DNA from: Octopus sinensis
Taxonomy: Eukaryota
Assembly (NCBI RefSeq): GCF_006345805.1
Contig: NC_043022.1
Location: 17,856,001-17,920,000 of the forward strand
Direction: 5' to 3'
Length of the DNA stretch: 64,000 bases
Shown here: positions 14,250 to 27,447 of the stretch, piece after piece
Layout: each line of letters begins with the position of its first letter
Position numbering within the stretch: the first letter of the stretch is position 1
Notes under the pieces: generated by a model
Databases searched by the model: none
What the model was told of the DNA's origin: nothing
Seen by the model: the letters and a program-made list of their open reading frames with translations, nothing else
Translations under genes and position numbers: made by a program

Positions 14250-14824
14250 ATGAATATGCACATATACATACATGTATGTATGTGTGTATTATACACACAC
14301 ACATACAAAGATAGATACAACTGAGTGGGCAAACAAAAATATGAGACACTGCCTAGTGCTTTTTTTTATTTTGATAAGCCTGGTACTTATTCTATCAGTT
14401 TCTTCTTATCAAACCAGTAAGTTCTGGGGATGTAAATAAACGAACAGCAGTTGTGAAGCAGTGATGAAGGAAAAACAGGGACAAAGAGACACATACACTT
14501 ACATATATACATACATACATATATACGATTGATTTCTTTCAGTTTCTGTCTACAAAATCCACTGACAAGGCTTTGGTTGGTCTGAGGCTATAGCAGAAGA
14601 CACATACCAAGTCACCACACAGTAGGACTGAACCCAGGACCATGTGTTTTGGAACCAAGTTTCTTACCACACAGCCACACCTGCAACTATGTATAAGTGT
14701 GTGTGTGTGTGTGTGTGTGTATGGGTGTATATATATGTATGCATGTATATGTGTATATCTATATATATACATCTACATATACATGTATACATATACATCC
14801 ATATCTATATATACACATCTATAC

Positions 14825-14902
<78 letters not shown>

Positions 14903-15747
14903 TTTGTGCAGATGTATACATATATATATGTATGTATGCCTGTATAAATGTGAGATAGTAGTTTCACTTAAATAGTTACAGTATTAAAGTGAAAATATCT
15001 GACATTACAATAGAGAGATGTTATTGTTTCACTTTTGACACATAATACTGAAATAGTGGAGAAGATATGATATTGCTCTGGGCTCGCACTAGGCAAGAAG
15101 TTAGAAATTTTTGCCCATGACACTACATGGACCCTAAGTAAAGCATGTGTAAAAGCATGTGTAAAGCATGGTGGTGGTGGGGGCAATTTGATGCTAGGAG
15201 ACTGAGAAGTGTGAGAGAAGAGGGCAGAGCAGGTTTTTTGCAGTAGAAAATCTGCATGGCTCCTCACATCTAGAAGAAACTGGAGAATGATCCAGGTGGA
15301 GCTGTACAGAGATAAACAGTAGTGATGGGGCATCTGGGTGACCTCTCAAGATATAGGAGTAGGTCGAAGAGGGTGGGGACAGAGGAATGAGGAAGGGGGT
15401 GAGTGGGGGGTTTGCTGAAGTGACTGGGAGAGTGAGAGATAGGGGGAATGGGCAAGGAGAGGGGGGTAGGCAATAACTGTAAAGCCTGGGTAGGGCAAAA
15501 GGGTGGCAATAGTGAATAGTGGGTAAGGGGTGGGGAAATGACTGATGATGCATGCTTTTGGGGAAGGTGGAGGGACGAGGGGGCAGTGGCTTTATGAGTA
15601 GATGAGGGAGGCTGAGGGAGAGATAATGTGGTCTTGTAGGCTGTGGAAGTGGGGGAGAGGGGTGTAGTGTGGGGGGGAGGGGTGTAGTGCATGAAGAGAA
15701 AAACCTATGGCACTGGGGGGAGCTCAGTAGAGGAGGGTGAAAGACAC

Positions 15748-15783
<36 letters not shown>

Positions 15784-15789
<6 letters not shown>

Positions 15790-15982
15790 TATATAGAAGG
15801 AGCTTCTACAGGACTAGAACTGTTTCATTCAAGAGAAATCTTCAGGAAGCTTGTGAAGATTTCTCTTGAATGAAACAGTTCTAGTCCTGTAGAAGCTCCT
15901 TCTATATAATAAATTAATTTTACTCTGCTATGTATTGAGTACCTTATTTACTGTGGTTAACCCCGAATCAACCCGGGACCTA
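15784..15982. mobile_element. Penelope-like terminal-repeat fragment with an inverted 5' copy, inserted in (TA)n
   Basis: 61-bp perfect inverted repeat (15784-15844 / 15854-15914) with a 9-nt loop; contains a hammerhead and AATAAA; flanked on both sides by (TA)n. PLE assignment is inferred from the HHR plus inverted terminal structure. Confidence 0.6.
15801..15851 (-). ncRNA. Type I hammerhead ribozyme, structurally complete
   Basis: Minus strand reads AGCUUC-CUGAAGA-UUUC ucuu GAAU-GAAA-CAG uucuaguc CUG-UA^GAAGCU. Helix I is 6/6 bp, helix III 4 bp, the core is intact and the cleavage triplet is GUA. Helix II has 3 bp closed by a U.U at the junction. Confidence 0.75.
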
Positions 15983-17065
15983 CATATATATATATAAATA
16001 AAATATATGATAAATAGGCAAAAATATTTGTATGTATATCTAGAGATACGTAGTCATACCTACAATCATGCATATATGTGTGCGTATACACACAGAAATG
16101 CACACACTTATATACATACATGCACAAATATACATATATATGTTCACGAATGCATTGATTGAGATTATATATATATAAATACACAGGCACGTTTACACAT
16201 ACACACACATATACATACAATATCCACATGCATAGACACATACATACATATATGCAGTGTAAAAGTCTATCGTTATTACGCATTTCGATTTTTGTGTCTA
16301 AATTATGTGAACAAATGTTGTAACGTGACGTTAAACACGCAGCAGGGTTGCACAACTGCTACATGGCAAGACGGTCGACTGCTACGAAATAGATTAGCTT
16401 TTTGGCATTGCACCTCATAGAAAATACATACTGATGCATAATAATAATAATACAAACAACAACTATAATAACAAAAATAATAATGATATAATCAGGAAAT
16501 TAATAAACCTTTAATTATATATTGTAAAAAAGAAAAGAGGGAGGGGGGCTTAGTGAAAAAATGTTTATTATGCATAGACTTTTATTGTGTGTGTATGTAT
16601 GTATATATATATATATACATACACACACACACATATATATATATACATACATATGTATACACACATACACACACATGCATACACCCATGTGATAGAAAGG
16701 CCAACTAGCTTCAAGAACTATGCCTAAATACTTTGCACCTGATCTGTAGCGGCATGGGAAAATGTTGATATACACACACACACACACACACATACGCATG
16801 CATTTATACATATATTTATACATACATAGCATATTACATATATATATAGCAGAGTCGGCTAAGAACACAGTCACTACAACCGTTAGAAAGAAAGATGAAA
16901 TCTGCGTTAATTAAGACACTATATTCCTAAAATGGGAAGGACACATGTTGGACAGTGAAATATGAGTCAGATGCCATTTTTGAGTGAATAAAGCTGGGTT
17001 GGTCATGGCTGGAACACCTCTTTTATGCACAAATCTGTAAACATACTTTCATAAATACAAACATG

Positions 17066-17103
<38 letters not shown>

Positions 17104-17852
17104 TAAGGCTGTATACACACTTACACGTGTATATAGATAAATGGAGGAGTTTACAATTGTCGATAATAATAATAATAATAACAACATTGTTTCTCTTTGT
17201 GTTCCCGGCATTGTATCAATATCGTTATTTCAAGGATGATATATTTTGCTGTGTGTGCGTATGTGAATGCCCTCGCACCCCCCCTCGTCTGACACACATA
17301 AGGAGTCATTTTCTTCACTGTGACTGACAGCAATGACCGGGGGGGGGGTGCATATAACAAATCCTAGACAACCTTCTTGTACACGAACAAGCAAAGCAGC
17401 TTCTTCTCGGAAATCGCTTAACCCTTGCTAGAAATAGCAGCTATATCTTCCTTCAACCACACTTTACTATGTCTAAAGAGAAAAGTGGAATTTAGACAGA
17501 AACACAATAGATAGACAGGTTGGTCATGCCTGGAATGTCACAGATCATAGATTTGCTCAGAAACAAAGCTCACCTGTAGATAAACCAGTTGCTCCCTTTT
17601 TCTACATTTAACAAGGAACAGAAATCCTGTGTTTCCCTTTAAATGTGCTGGATGCTGTGTCCCTCATGCATTTCCCTGTGATATTAACAATGGCTTAAGT
17701 GCAGGTATTTAGCTTCAACAGAGACAAGAAAATTGAGCTGTAGTTTCCACTTACCTGGCCTGGAGCTTACATTTCAGGTGATACTAAAATTACTAAATTA
17801 GCTTGGCACTCTTCTTCCCCTATCACTGCATCACATCTTACCTCCTCTCTTT

Positions 17853-17883
<31 letters not shown>

Positions 17884-19883
17884 TGTACACTGACTACCTC
17901 TCTTACTATCTGCATCTCTCTCTCTCTCTCGCTATTTCTACACACACATATACACACATATATATATAAAGCCAAACTATGTAATTGTCACCAATTCCTA
18001 CTTCTCTCCTTCTATTACGGCCTTTCTCTCCCTCTTAACTATTTCTCTATAGACACACACACACACACATATTGCCAAACTGTCTAATTGGCAACTGTTA
18101 TCCTCTTCTCTCTCTCTATCTATCCATCTCTCACTCTCTCTTCTCTCTCTGTCTTTCTATCTCTCCCTCTCTCCCCCTCATTTACTGAAACTAATGACTG
18201 CTTTTGGAAAATTCTTTCTTTTGTCTTTCCCTTCATTTCCTTTTCTCTTTTCCAAATCTTTATTTCCCCACCACTGCTCCCCAGTCCCTTCTTACCCCCT
18301 GTACCCCACCCCATATTCACCCACCTGACAAATGGTTAACATTACCTTAGCAACTGCTCTGCTACTACATTTAAAATAATAATAATAATAATAACAATAA
18401 TAACAACAACAACAATGGCTTATCTTTTACTCTATCTCAATGAATGACTGGTGTCTAATCATTCCATCACCATCCACCACTTTGCACTGGTTGCTGTTAC
18501 TACTGCTACTACTGCTACCTTTGGCCATGACCAAAACCAGCACCGCATCATCATCATCATCATCATCATTGCCATACTATTCCTACAAGAACCTTTCAAC
18601 TACATGACCACCACCACCACTATTACTACTGTGGACAGTCTTCCTTCCTACCATCAGCAACCAAACAGGGATCAGTCTCCCTCACATCACTAACCATCAT
18701 CATAACAGTAACAACAACATCACCACCACCATCATTATCATCATCATCAACATCATCACAACCAACAACAATTACAACAACAACAACAACAACAACAGCA
18801 TCAACACCAACCGGTCTGGTTTCCGACGACTACCAATGCAAACTATTGACAGACAACCTTCATCTTCGTCTCGGAATCTCTTTCAACAGACTGGGAAAAA
18901 GAAAGAAAGAAACTCACCCCCCCCCCCACCAACCCCCACCACCCCCATCATCATCATCATCTTCATCTATGCCACTACACCAGCCATGCTACTGTTGCTA
19001 CACATCAAGTCTCGCAGCAGCAGCAGCAGCAGTGCTACTACTACTACTACTGCTACTGCTGCTGCTACTACTACAAACCCCACTCCCACCCCAGGTGTCA
19101 CCCATTCTCATAGTTGCACATCATCATCATCAAAAATGGTGCTATAAGAACTTCCATGTAATCACTTAATCTACTAGAAATAGCAGCCAAGTTCCACACT
19201 CTTTCAACAAAGGAAGGCACATTAGATTATCTAGTCCTATATATATATATATAAACAGGATGGTCACAGCTGGAATGTCATTCATCATATCAGTACTGAA
19301 CAACAACAACATATGAAAGAAACAAGGGAACCTCAATATTGTCGCTTGACCTGCAAGAAAGAGAAGCAAAATCTCCCTAAAAACTGGTAGCACTATGTCT
19401 GATGGAGTGGTCATGGTTTGACTCAAAGGACTGACCCAGGGCTAAACCACAACCCCTATTCCGTGTACACCATCCATACAGAACCCTATGTTAAACAATG
19501 TAGAAAAAGGCAGGATGGGCACGGACGGAATGTCTGTCGGGTTAGGGCTGAGTAACAAAGACTGAGACCACATCAATAACAACCACCACAGTAACTGCTA
19601 CCACCACCTCCGCCACCGCCTATACACTACTATCGATTATTATCTCCTCCTTTGCCATGCAGTGAACGGGGGGGGGGGTAAAAATGATTCAGACTTTGAC
19701 AGAAGCTGGAAACCATTGCCAAGTGGATTAGGAGGGGAGTGGGAGGAGGAGGAGGAAAGGAAAGGAGGAGGAGGAGGAAGAGGAAAGGGAAAGAAAAACT
19801 GATTCATTCCTTATTGATGAAAGAAAAGAACAACTTGGCAAAGGAATCAGCTGCAGAGAGAGGAACAGGGTGTGCGGCTGTGT

Positions 19884-19931
<48 letters not shown>

Positions 19932-20309
19932 ATGTATGTATACATATGTATGTGTATGTATGTATGTATGTATGTATATGTATATATAGACACACTGTGT
20001 AAGTTTCTATATAAATACACACATGCATACATTCATAGTTCTGACATGCATAGATACATTTATGCGTATGTATGTATACACACCTATTTCTATATACATT
20101 CACAGACATGTGTATTTACATACATGCGTGTATGTGTATACATTCCTACATGTGTGACTGGTTTAGGATATCAGAGCTGTTACAGGTTAAACGTATTTCA
20201 AATTAACATACAAAATATAATGTCTGAAATACATGTGTGTGTAGGTATGTATATGTGTGTGCGTGAATATTATATACGTAGGTATATGTATGTGTACATG
20301 CATGTGTGC

Positions 20310-20354
<45 letters not shown>

Positions 20355-20810
20355 TATTTGTGCAGCGTGTGAGTGTGTATGGAGCAAATGTCACCTGTGA
20401 CAGTCAAGCGCAGTCGTGTCACTCTGTTCGTTTGCATTAAATCCCCGTTAAAAGTGCACGTGACTGGGGATTGCTTTTGTTCCAGAAGGAAGCAGAACAG
20501 GTAGTAACATTGATCCTTTGTTTTCACACCTGTTTTGCCATGGGTTAAACAGATGTATTTATTAAGGCCATTGTTTTATACCTGGATGCCATTCTTCTTC
20601 GCAAGCCTTATCCATTTTCCAATGAAGACTTCTTTTATCCCACACAGTTTCAAAAGCACAGACGACAATTCATTGGTAAAGGAAATGAAAAGATTATTTG
20701 CTTCAAGTGCAACAATTTTTAAAGAAGCACAAAACACACACACAAACATATACATCATCATAACCATCATCATTTCAACTTTTCCTTTTCCACACCTGCA
20801 TGGGTTAGAC

Positions 20811-21161
20811 CAGTGGTTCTCTACCAGGATCGAGGGTGGGTGGGGGGGGGGGCAGAGCAAAATAGCAAATTGCAGATCCATAATAGTCTTTTAAGGGCCC
20901 CTGAAAAAAATATTGCTTTAGACATATGTATTGATATGTATTGCAAGAAACAGCTTGGTTTTTTTTTGTTTTTTTTTTAGTTTTTTGCCTCTAACATTTT
21001 ACATAGTTCAACCTACACAAGTTAATGCGTGAAAAACAAAATAGCAACTTTGAAAGACATTTCTAGAAAACTAATTTTTAAACATCAGATGGCTACAGGG
21101 TTCCACCAGAATAAGATAGTAATCAAAGGGGCCATAGTTAAAAATTGGTGAAGAAACCCTG
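20811..21161. mobile_element. hAT-type non-autonomous transposon
   Basis: TIRs cagtggttctc / gaagaaaccctg; perfect 8-bp TSD ggttagac; interrupts an RTE tail. Confidence 0.85.
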
Positions 21162-22262
21162 GGTTAGACAAACACATAACAGAGGTTCTGTTTCACAGTG
21201 AAACATTTTTTTACAGCTGGATGCTCTTCCTGCCATCAACCCTCGTCTGTCTCCACAGTGAAGTAGAAAGCTAGCAGAATCATTAGCAGTGTTTTGTTTG
21301 TCTTCACTGCTTGTGAGTTCAAATGCTACCAAGGTCAACTTTGCCTTTCATCCTTTTGAGGGTGGATAAAATAAGACCCTGTCGAGCACGGTGGGGTTGA
21401 TGTAATCAACTTTACCCCTTCCCCGAAACTGCTGGCCTTGTGCTAAAATATGAAACCAATATTTTTCCATGATCAGACATGCTTTTACAGAAACAAATGA
21501 CACCGCTTGTATGACAGTGATGCTCATTTACAACTGTCGGGCAACGTCAAGACAAGAAGACACACGCATGTGTGTGCACGGCAGGCTTCGTACAGATGCC
21601 ATCGAGGAAATTCACTTTTGAACCATTGGTCAATGCAGGCGAGAGAAGAAAACACTTGTCCACGGTGCCACACAGTGGGACTGAACTCAGAACCACACAA
21701 CTTCCCATATATAAGAGTGTGTGTGGGTGTGAGGTCATTAAATCTAATCAGAGCATAACTAATTCTTCACTGCACACATATACCTATAACAGTCTTAATA
21801 ACATCTCTATCATGGGCCCTCAGATGGCTCCTTAGCAATACTCAGGTGACGAATCACAACCACAATAGCTCCACCCTCGTTTAATCAGCCAAAGTGGATT
21901 TCCAGTTCAGCACAAGATGACCGAACCTTTGGACATAAAGAACAACAGTGCCTCATTGGCGCTGCTGCTGGGGCTGTTTGCATATAAGAATCCAGAGTTG
22001 GTTTTTCAAAACGTGACCTTTCAGGGATTGAAAAGTCCAACTTTTGAAGGTGTAAGGAGTCCACAAATTATACAGTGGGATTATCTCTGGATAACTACAA
22101 CAACAGGCTGTTCTCAAGACATTAGAGTTCACGATTCGTTGGACAACTTTTCTTCAAGGCAGTGCCCCAGTATGGCCACAGTCTAATGACTGAAAGAAGC
22201 TAACGATAAAAGATGTAAGTATATATATATAATTAGAGAGAGAGGGGGGGATTTTAGCCGGA

Positions 22263-22905
22263 CTGAAGGTGACATGGTGTTGGAACAGTGAAGTGGACTC
22301 AGCCACAGAAGTCAAGAGAGAGGTCTTGGAAAGACTGTAAAGACAAGTGCAGCAGAGAAGTAGGGGAGGTGGTTGGAAGGTGAGGGAGAGGGAGAAGTAG
22401 AAAAGTATGAAGTCTACCGATGTTGTATGAAAATGAGTTGTGGGGGTGGGTGAGGTATTCTGGATTGTAAGGCAGTGTATCAGAATGAATGGAAATGTTG
22501 TAAGGAGTGGGCAAGGACAGATGGCAGTGCACTTGCACTCAGTGATTCTGCAAAGAAACAAGCATAGAATCGGCTACCGTGAAAAGTGACTAAAGTTGGG
22601 AGAATGCCTGGGAGAAAAATTGCACTCCAAATGTGAACCTGTCAAGGAGACAAAGCAGAATGGTAGAGAAAGCAATTAAGGATATGAAGACAGGGTAGGT
22701 CCCAGGTCCCTCATGAATTACTCCTGAGATGCTTAAAGTATCTGGTAGAGTGAAATATGGCCCAGTCACCATATTAGTTAGTACAAGAAGACAGCATACC
22801 CAATGACTTGTGTAGCAGCATCATAGCCATCTGCTACAAGAGTAAAGGAGATGCGGAAGAGAGAGCAAACTGCTGGACCAGGTCACAGAAGTTACACAAA
22901 GAATT
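22263..22905 (+). pseudogene. Decayed RTE LINE fragments (tether region and RT N-terminus)
   Basis: KVTWCWNSEVD; MVEKAIKDMKTG*VPGPS*ITPEMLK; IPNDLCSSIIAICYKSKGDAEERAN. Confidence 0.75.
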
Positions 22906-23766
22906 TATTTGGGGGAGAGAGTTAGCCTAGGTGAGGGGCAAGAAAAACAAATGTTTACAGATATAATGGCAGGGGCCTGTTGAATGATTGCAATTGGTTG
23001 GCTTTGATCATAGAGTGAAATGTAAAAAGTGGGACAGGAATGTTATTAATGTTAAGTGATGGGGATCTTTGTTGACAAGAACAACCAGTTTGTTATAAGG
23101 CACTGGGGAAAGTGGGGGGTATTGGTATGGGTGAGTTGGTAGCAGGCAAGTAAGCAGTGTATTGCTATATGTATTAGAGAGAGAGGTGGGAGGGGTAGAA
23201 TGACTGATGTACAAAGAAATTAGGTACCTATGGCGAATGAGCTGTGTGAGGAAAGATGGGGACAGTTGCTAGGCTGCAGTCAGAACTTTGTCAAGAGAAT
23301 ATTTTAAATGCCTACAGGCTGACAAAATCTCAGCCTTTTTGTTTGACATATTGCAGTGTGGAATCTTAATTCAACTGCTTTGTGGGGAATGTCCTACATA
23401 GACTGTTTCTTATGTTTTGTTTTAGCCATTTCTTATTACTACATTATTAGGGGTAGGGTTCCAATGAATATATCCATGTAAAGGGACAGACTCGCTACAT
23501 TCCTACTCCATGTTGTTATTGTTATAAGATTTGTCTTCATTAACTCTCCTGAATCAAAACTAATATATTATTTTAAATGCTTCCTTCCACCAGAGGTGCA
23601 AGGCCTAAGCTTGCTAAAATATTGGTTTCAAATTTTGGTACAATGCCAGCATGCTCAGGGGAGGTGGGCATGAGTCGACTACATTGACTTCTGCTGATAA
23701 TTATTTTATCAACCCTGAAAAGGATGAAAGGCAAAGTCAACCTTGGCAGAATATGTTTGCTCAAAT

Positions 23767-24438
23767 ATTGAGGATTCTAAGCACTAATGGTTAATTTTAT
23801 TGAGGATTCTAAGCACTAATGGTTAATTTTATTGAGGATTCTAAGCACTAATGGTTAATTTTATTGAGGATTCTAAGCACTAATGGTTAATTTTATTGAG
23901 GATTCTAAGCACTAATGGTTAATTTTATTGAGGATTCTAAGCACTAATGGTTAATTTTATTGAGGATTCTAAGCACTAATGGTTAATTTTATTGAGGATT
24001 CTAAGCACTAATGGTTAATTTTATTGAGGATTCTAAGCACTAATGGTTAATTTTATTGAGGATTCTAAGCACTAATGGTTAATTTTATTGAGGATTCTAA
24101 GCACTAATGGTTAATTTTATTGAGGATTCTAAGCACTAATGGTTAATTTTATTGAGGATTCTAAGCACTAATGGTTAATTTTATTGAGGATTCTAAGCAC
24201 TAATGGTTAATTTTATTGAGGATTCTAAGCACTAATGGTTAATTTTATTGAGGATTCTAAGCACTAATGGTTAATTTTATTGAGGATTCTAAGCACTAAT
24301 GGTTAATTTTATTGAGGATTCTAAGCACTAATGGTTAATTTTATTGAGGATTCTAAGCACTAATGGTTAATTTTATTGAGGATTCTAAGCACTAATGGTT
24401 AATTTTATTGAGGATTCTAAGCACTAATGGTTAATTTT
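23767..24438. repeat. Perfect minisatellite, 21 x 32 bp (attgaggattctaagcactaatggttaatttt)
   Basis: 672 bp, exact period 32, no mismatch seen, no spacers. Confidence 0.97.
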
Positions 24439-24624
24439 AGATTAAATTTCTTAAATGTGCTTCTTAAATTCTTCCTTGAATGTCTCCATGCTCTGGCCAT
24501 TCCTGTCCTGAGAGGCCTCCAGTCAATCATCTCTGTACAAACCGAATGTGGAGATGATCATTCTTGTTTCTAGCCAGACCAAAAAAGGGACCTGAGTGAC
24601 CCATTTTCCTTCAGCAATATTTAA

Positions 24625-24844
24625 CCCTTTAATATTTAAACCAGACATAGCTGGTCCAAATATTCTCCCTGTTTTATATCCAGACTGGCCATGTCTGGCA
24701 TCTCACACAATCTCTACAATGTTATTCTAAAAACATTCATATCATCAAAATCTTGAAGTTATGACATAATGCCAGGATTAATTCAAAACAAGGAAGAATA
24801 AATAAGCAGAGAACATTCGACAGAGTAATTTGAATGCCAAAGGG
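24625..24844. mobile_element. piggyBac-type MITE; partial copies at ~10450-10618, 43657-43759, 60080-60240 and 61860-62015
   Basis: TTAA on both sides; TIRs starting ccctt / ending aaggg. Confidence 0.75.
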
Positions 24845-25443
24845 TTAAAGTGGCCCTGAATACATGAAGATGCTCAACACACACTGCTTTCCCACCAGAA
24901 GAACCCTTCTTCGTAAAACCAGTGTGACTTGCTCCTTGCAGTATGTGTTCTTTACTGTTCTGTACGAGTGATGAGCATGTTCCTAACTTCAGAGACAGCT
25001 GGCCACCACCGCTGATGACAACAACAACAACAACAGACCACCAACCCATTAAAAACAAATAATTTCGCTTGCCTTTCTCTTCTAATTCTGGGAGCTGAAA
25101 CCAAGTTCTTCTCTTTGTGCTTATGTCACATCAAACATTAAAAATATTATAAATAGGAGGAAATGGAGCAAGAAAGACAGTGACAAGCCACAGAGTGAAT
25201 CACCAGCTTCGAATTATGTGTCTGTGTGTGTGCACAGGTTTGCAGATATGCAACACATACACACAAATACTTTCATATAAATATTTATGTAACCTTAACA
25301 TGTACATACATAACATATCTATGCTTGCAGACAGCCAAACATATCTAAATCAATACTTATAGAGATATAAATAGTATCACACACACACAGCTACAGATAA
25401 ATGTGCTACATGCAGTTAACAATGGAACATCTGCTTTATACAA

Positions 25444-25504
<61 letters not shown>

Positions 25505-25821
25505 TCATGAATTTACTTAAGCATAATGATACTAACGATAAGGTGTTGGGAATTCAATATGCACGTTTTAGAGTTATGTGTTAGGTCAGTGCAAAGTGTA
25601 ATATGAAATTAATGAATGACAAGGAAACAGGAATCACATAATCAACTTCATTAGCTTACAGCTGTTTCTGCTGCAGGAAACAGTGCACTCAAAGCTGGGT
25701 GTTTGAGCAACATCCTATAGTTTTCTAAGGGCCATCAAATTGAAGTGAATGTATGTTATTTTAAACAATTGCAGCGTGGAAGGTGTTTGTAAGCCATTTA
25801 AGAAACACACAAAATTATCAC

Positions 25822-26193
25822 ATAAGAAAACCATCCGAACATGGCCGTAGCCAGTACCGCATCGACTGGCCTCTGTGCTGTGGGCACGTAACAAACACCA
25901 TCCGATCGTGGTCGTTTGCCAGCCTCGTCTGGCACCTGTGTCGGTGGCACATAAAAAACACCATCCGAGCGTGGCCGTCTGCCAGCCTCGTCTGGCACCT
26001 GTGTCGGTGGCACATAAAATCACCCACTACACTCTCGGAGTGGTTGGCGTTAGGAAGGGCATCCAGCTGTAGAAACACTCCCAGATCCGACTGGCCTGGT
26101 GCAGTCTTCGGGCTCCCCAGACCCCAGTTGAACCGTCCAACCCATGCTAGCATGGAAAGCGGACGTTAAATGATGATGATGATGATGATGATG
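25822..26193 (+). mobile_element. RTE LINE 3' UTR with three 63-67-bp internal repeats and a (GAT)n tail
   Basis: catccga...gtggcac.taaaa.cac units at 25833, 25900 and 25963; the tail is shared with 35931. Confidence 0.85.
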
Positions 26194-26670
26194 AAGGCAG
26201 CGAGCTAGCAGAATCGTTAGTGCATTGGATGAAATCCTTAGCAGTATTTTGCCTGTCACTACGTTCTGAGTTCAAGTTTTGCCAAGGTCGACTTTTCCTT
26301 TCATCCTTTTGGGGTCAATAAATTAAGTACCAGTTGAACACTGGAATCCATGTAATGGACTCATCCTCTCCCAAAATTTGAAACCATATATTGGAGTTGC
26401 CTTTGTGGAGGTTTGCACTCTCTGAGTGTTCTATTATTATCATTATTATTATTATTAAGGTGGCGAGCTGGCAGAATCGTTAGCACACTGGATGAAATGC
26501 TTAGCTGCATTTTGTCTGTTGCTACGTTCTGAGTTCAAATTCCGTCCAGGTCAACTTTGCCTTTCAGGGTTGATAAATCAAGTACCAGTTGAATACTGGG
26601 GTTGATGTAATCGACTTTGCCTCTCACCCAAAATTTCAGGCGTTGCGCTTATTGTAGAAAGGATTATTAT
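26194..26670 (+). mobile_element. Two tandem copies of tRNA-derived SINE family B; others at 6245-6412(-), 9216-9390, 21275-21460 and 23606-23752(-)
   Basis: Head aaggyggcgagctggcagaatcgttag, B box gagttcaaattcc, central gactttgcctttcatcctttyggggtcgataaa domain. Confidence 0.85.
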
Positions 26671-27376
26671 TATTATTATTGAAAGAAATTATATTAAATA
26701 ATTAAACAAAAATAACTGTTGTAACACACACAGACACAATCATACATACACACACACATTCACATAAACCAATAAATCTGTAACTTCAGTACATTACCCA
26801 GACGGTGTTGTTGTTGTTGTCTTTATTCCAGTTCAGAGCTGACAGAAACAACAAACTGTGTTGAGAAACAAAACAAGAGGACCCAGGATCTTTTCTCTCT
26901 TGAGACAAACCTCAGAGACTCTTTCAAAACCAGGAAAACCTTCACACAAAAGAGTTTCACTAAACACATCACAGACTGTTTACTATCTGTGGTGTATATA
27001 TAGTTGTATGCATGGGTGTATGTGTGTGTGTATATACACACACCCACACACATATAGATATATGGTGGTTGCACACACACACACACATGTATGTGCCTGT
27101 GTGAAAAACTTACAAGTTTTGTGTGTGTGTGTGTGTGTGTGAAGTATGCGAGAGATTGTACTGTTATTTGGTGACTGAGAAGATGTTGGTCCCCTGGAAT
27201 TGTTTGTCATGGCCAAATGTAAAATTAGAAAGGGAAAAGGAAATGTTTTCAAGGATTGGTAAATCTCATGGCATGTTGCAGGGCCATATCTATGTGTGTG
27301 TGTGTGTGTGTGTTTGTATACCACTAAAGGGTATATCAGAGGAATAAAATCTACTACTACTACTGCTACCATATCA

Positions 27377-27447
<71 letters not shown>

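Noticed and set aside
15330-15700. G-rich tract as a functional G-quadruplex or coding region
   Set aside because: Purine-rich low-complexity blocks recur throughout (33720-34100, 55900-56350) with no specific evidence of function.
18400-19170. Low-complexity ORFs (poly-S/T/A/H) and a strong minus-strand acceptor at ~18892
   Set aside because: A mosaic of trinucleotide repeats; all three frames after the acceptor stop within 16 codons and no good donor follows.
23767-24438. CRISPR array (32-bp repeat length)
   Set aside because: The units are contiguous with no spacers, there are no cas genes, and the context is eukaryotic.
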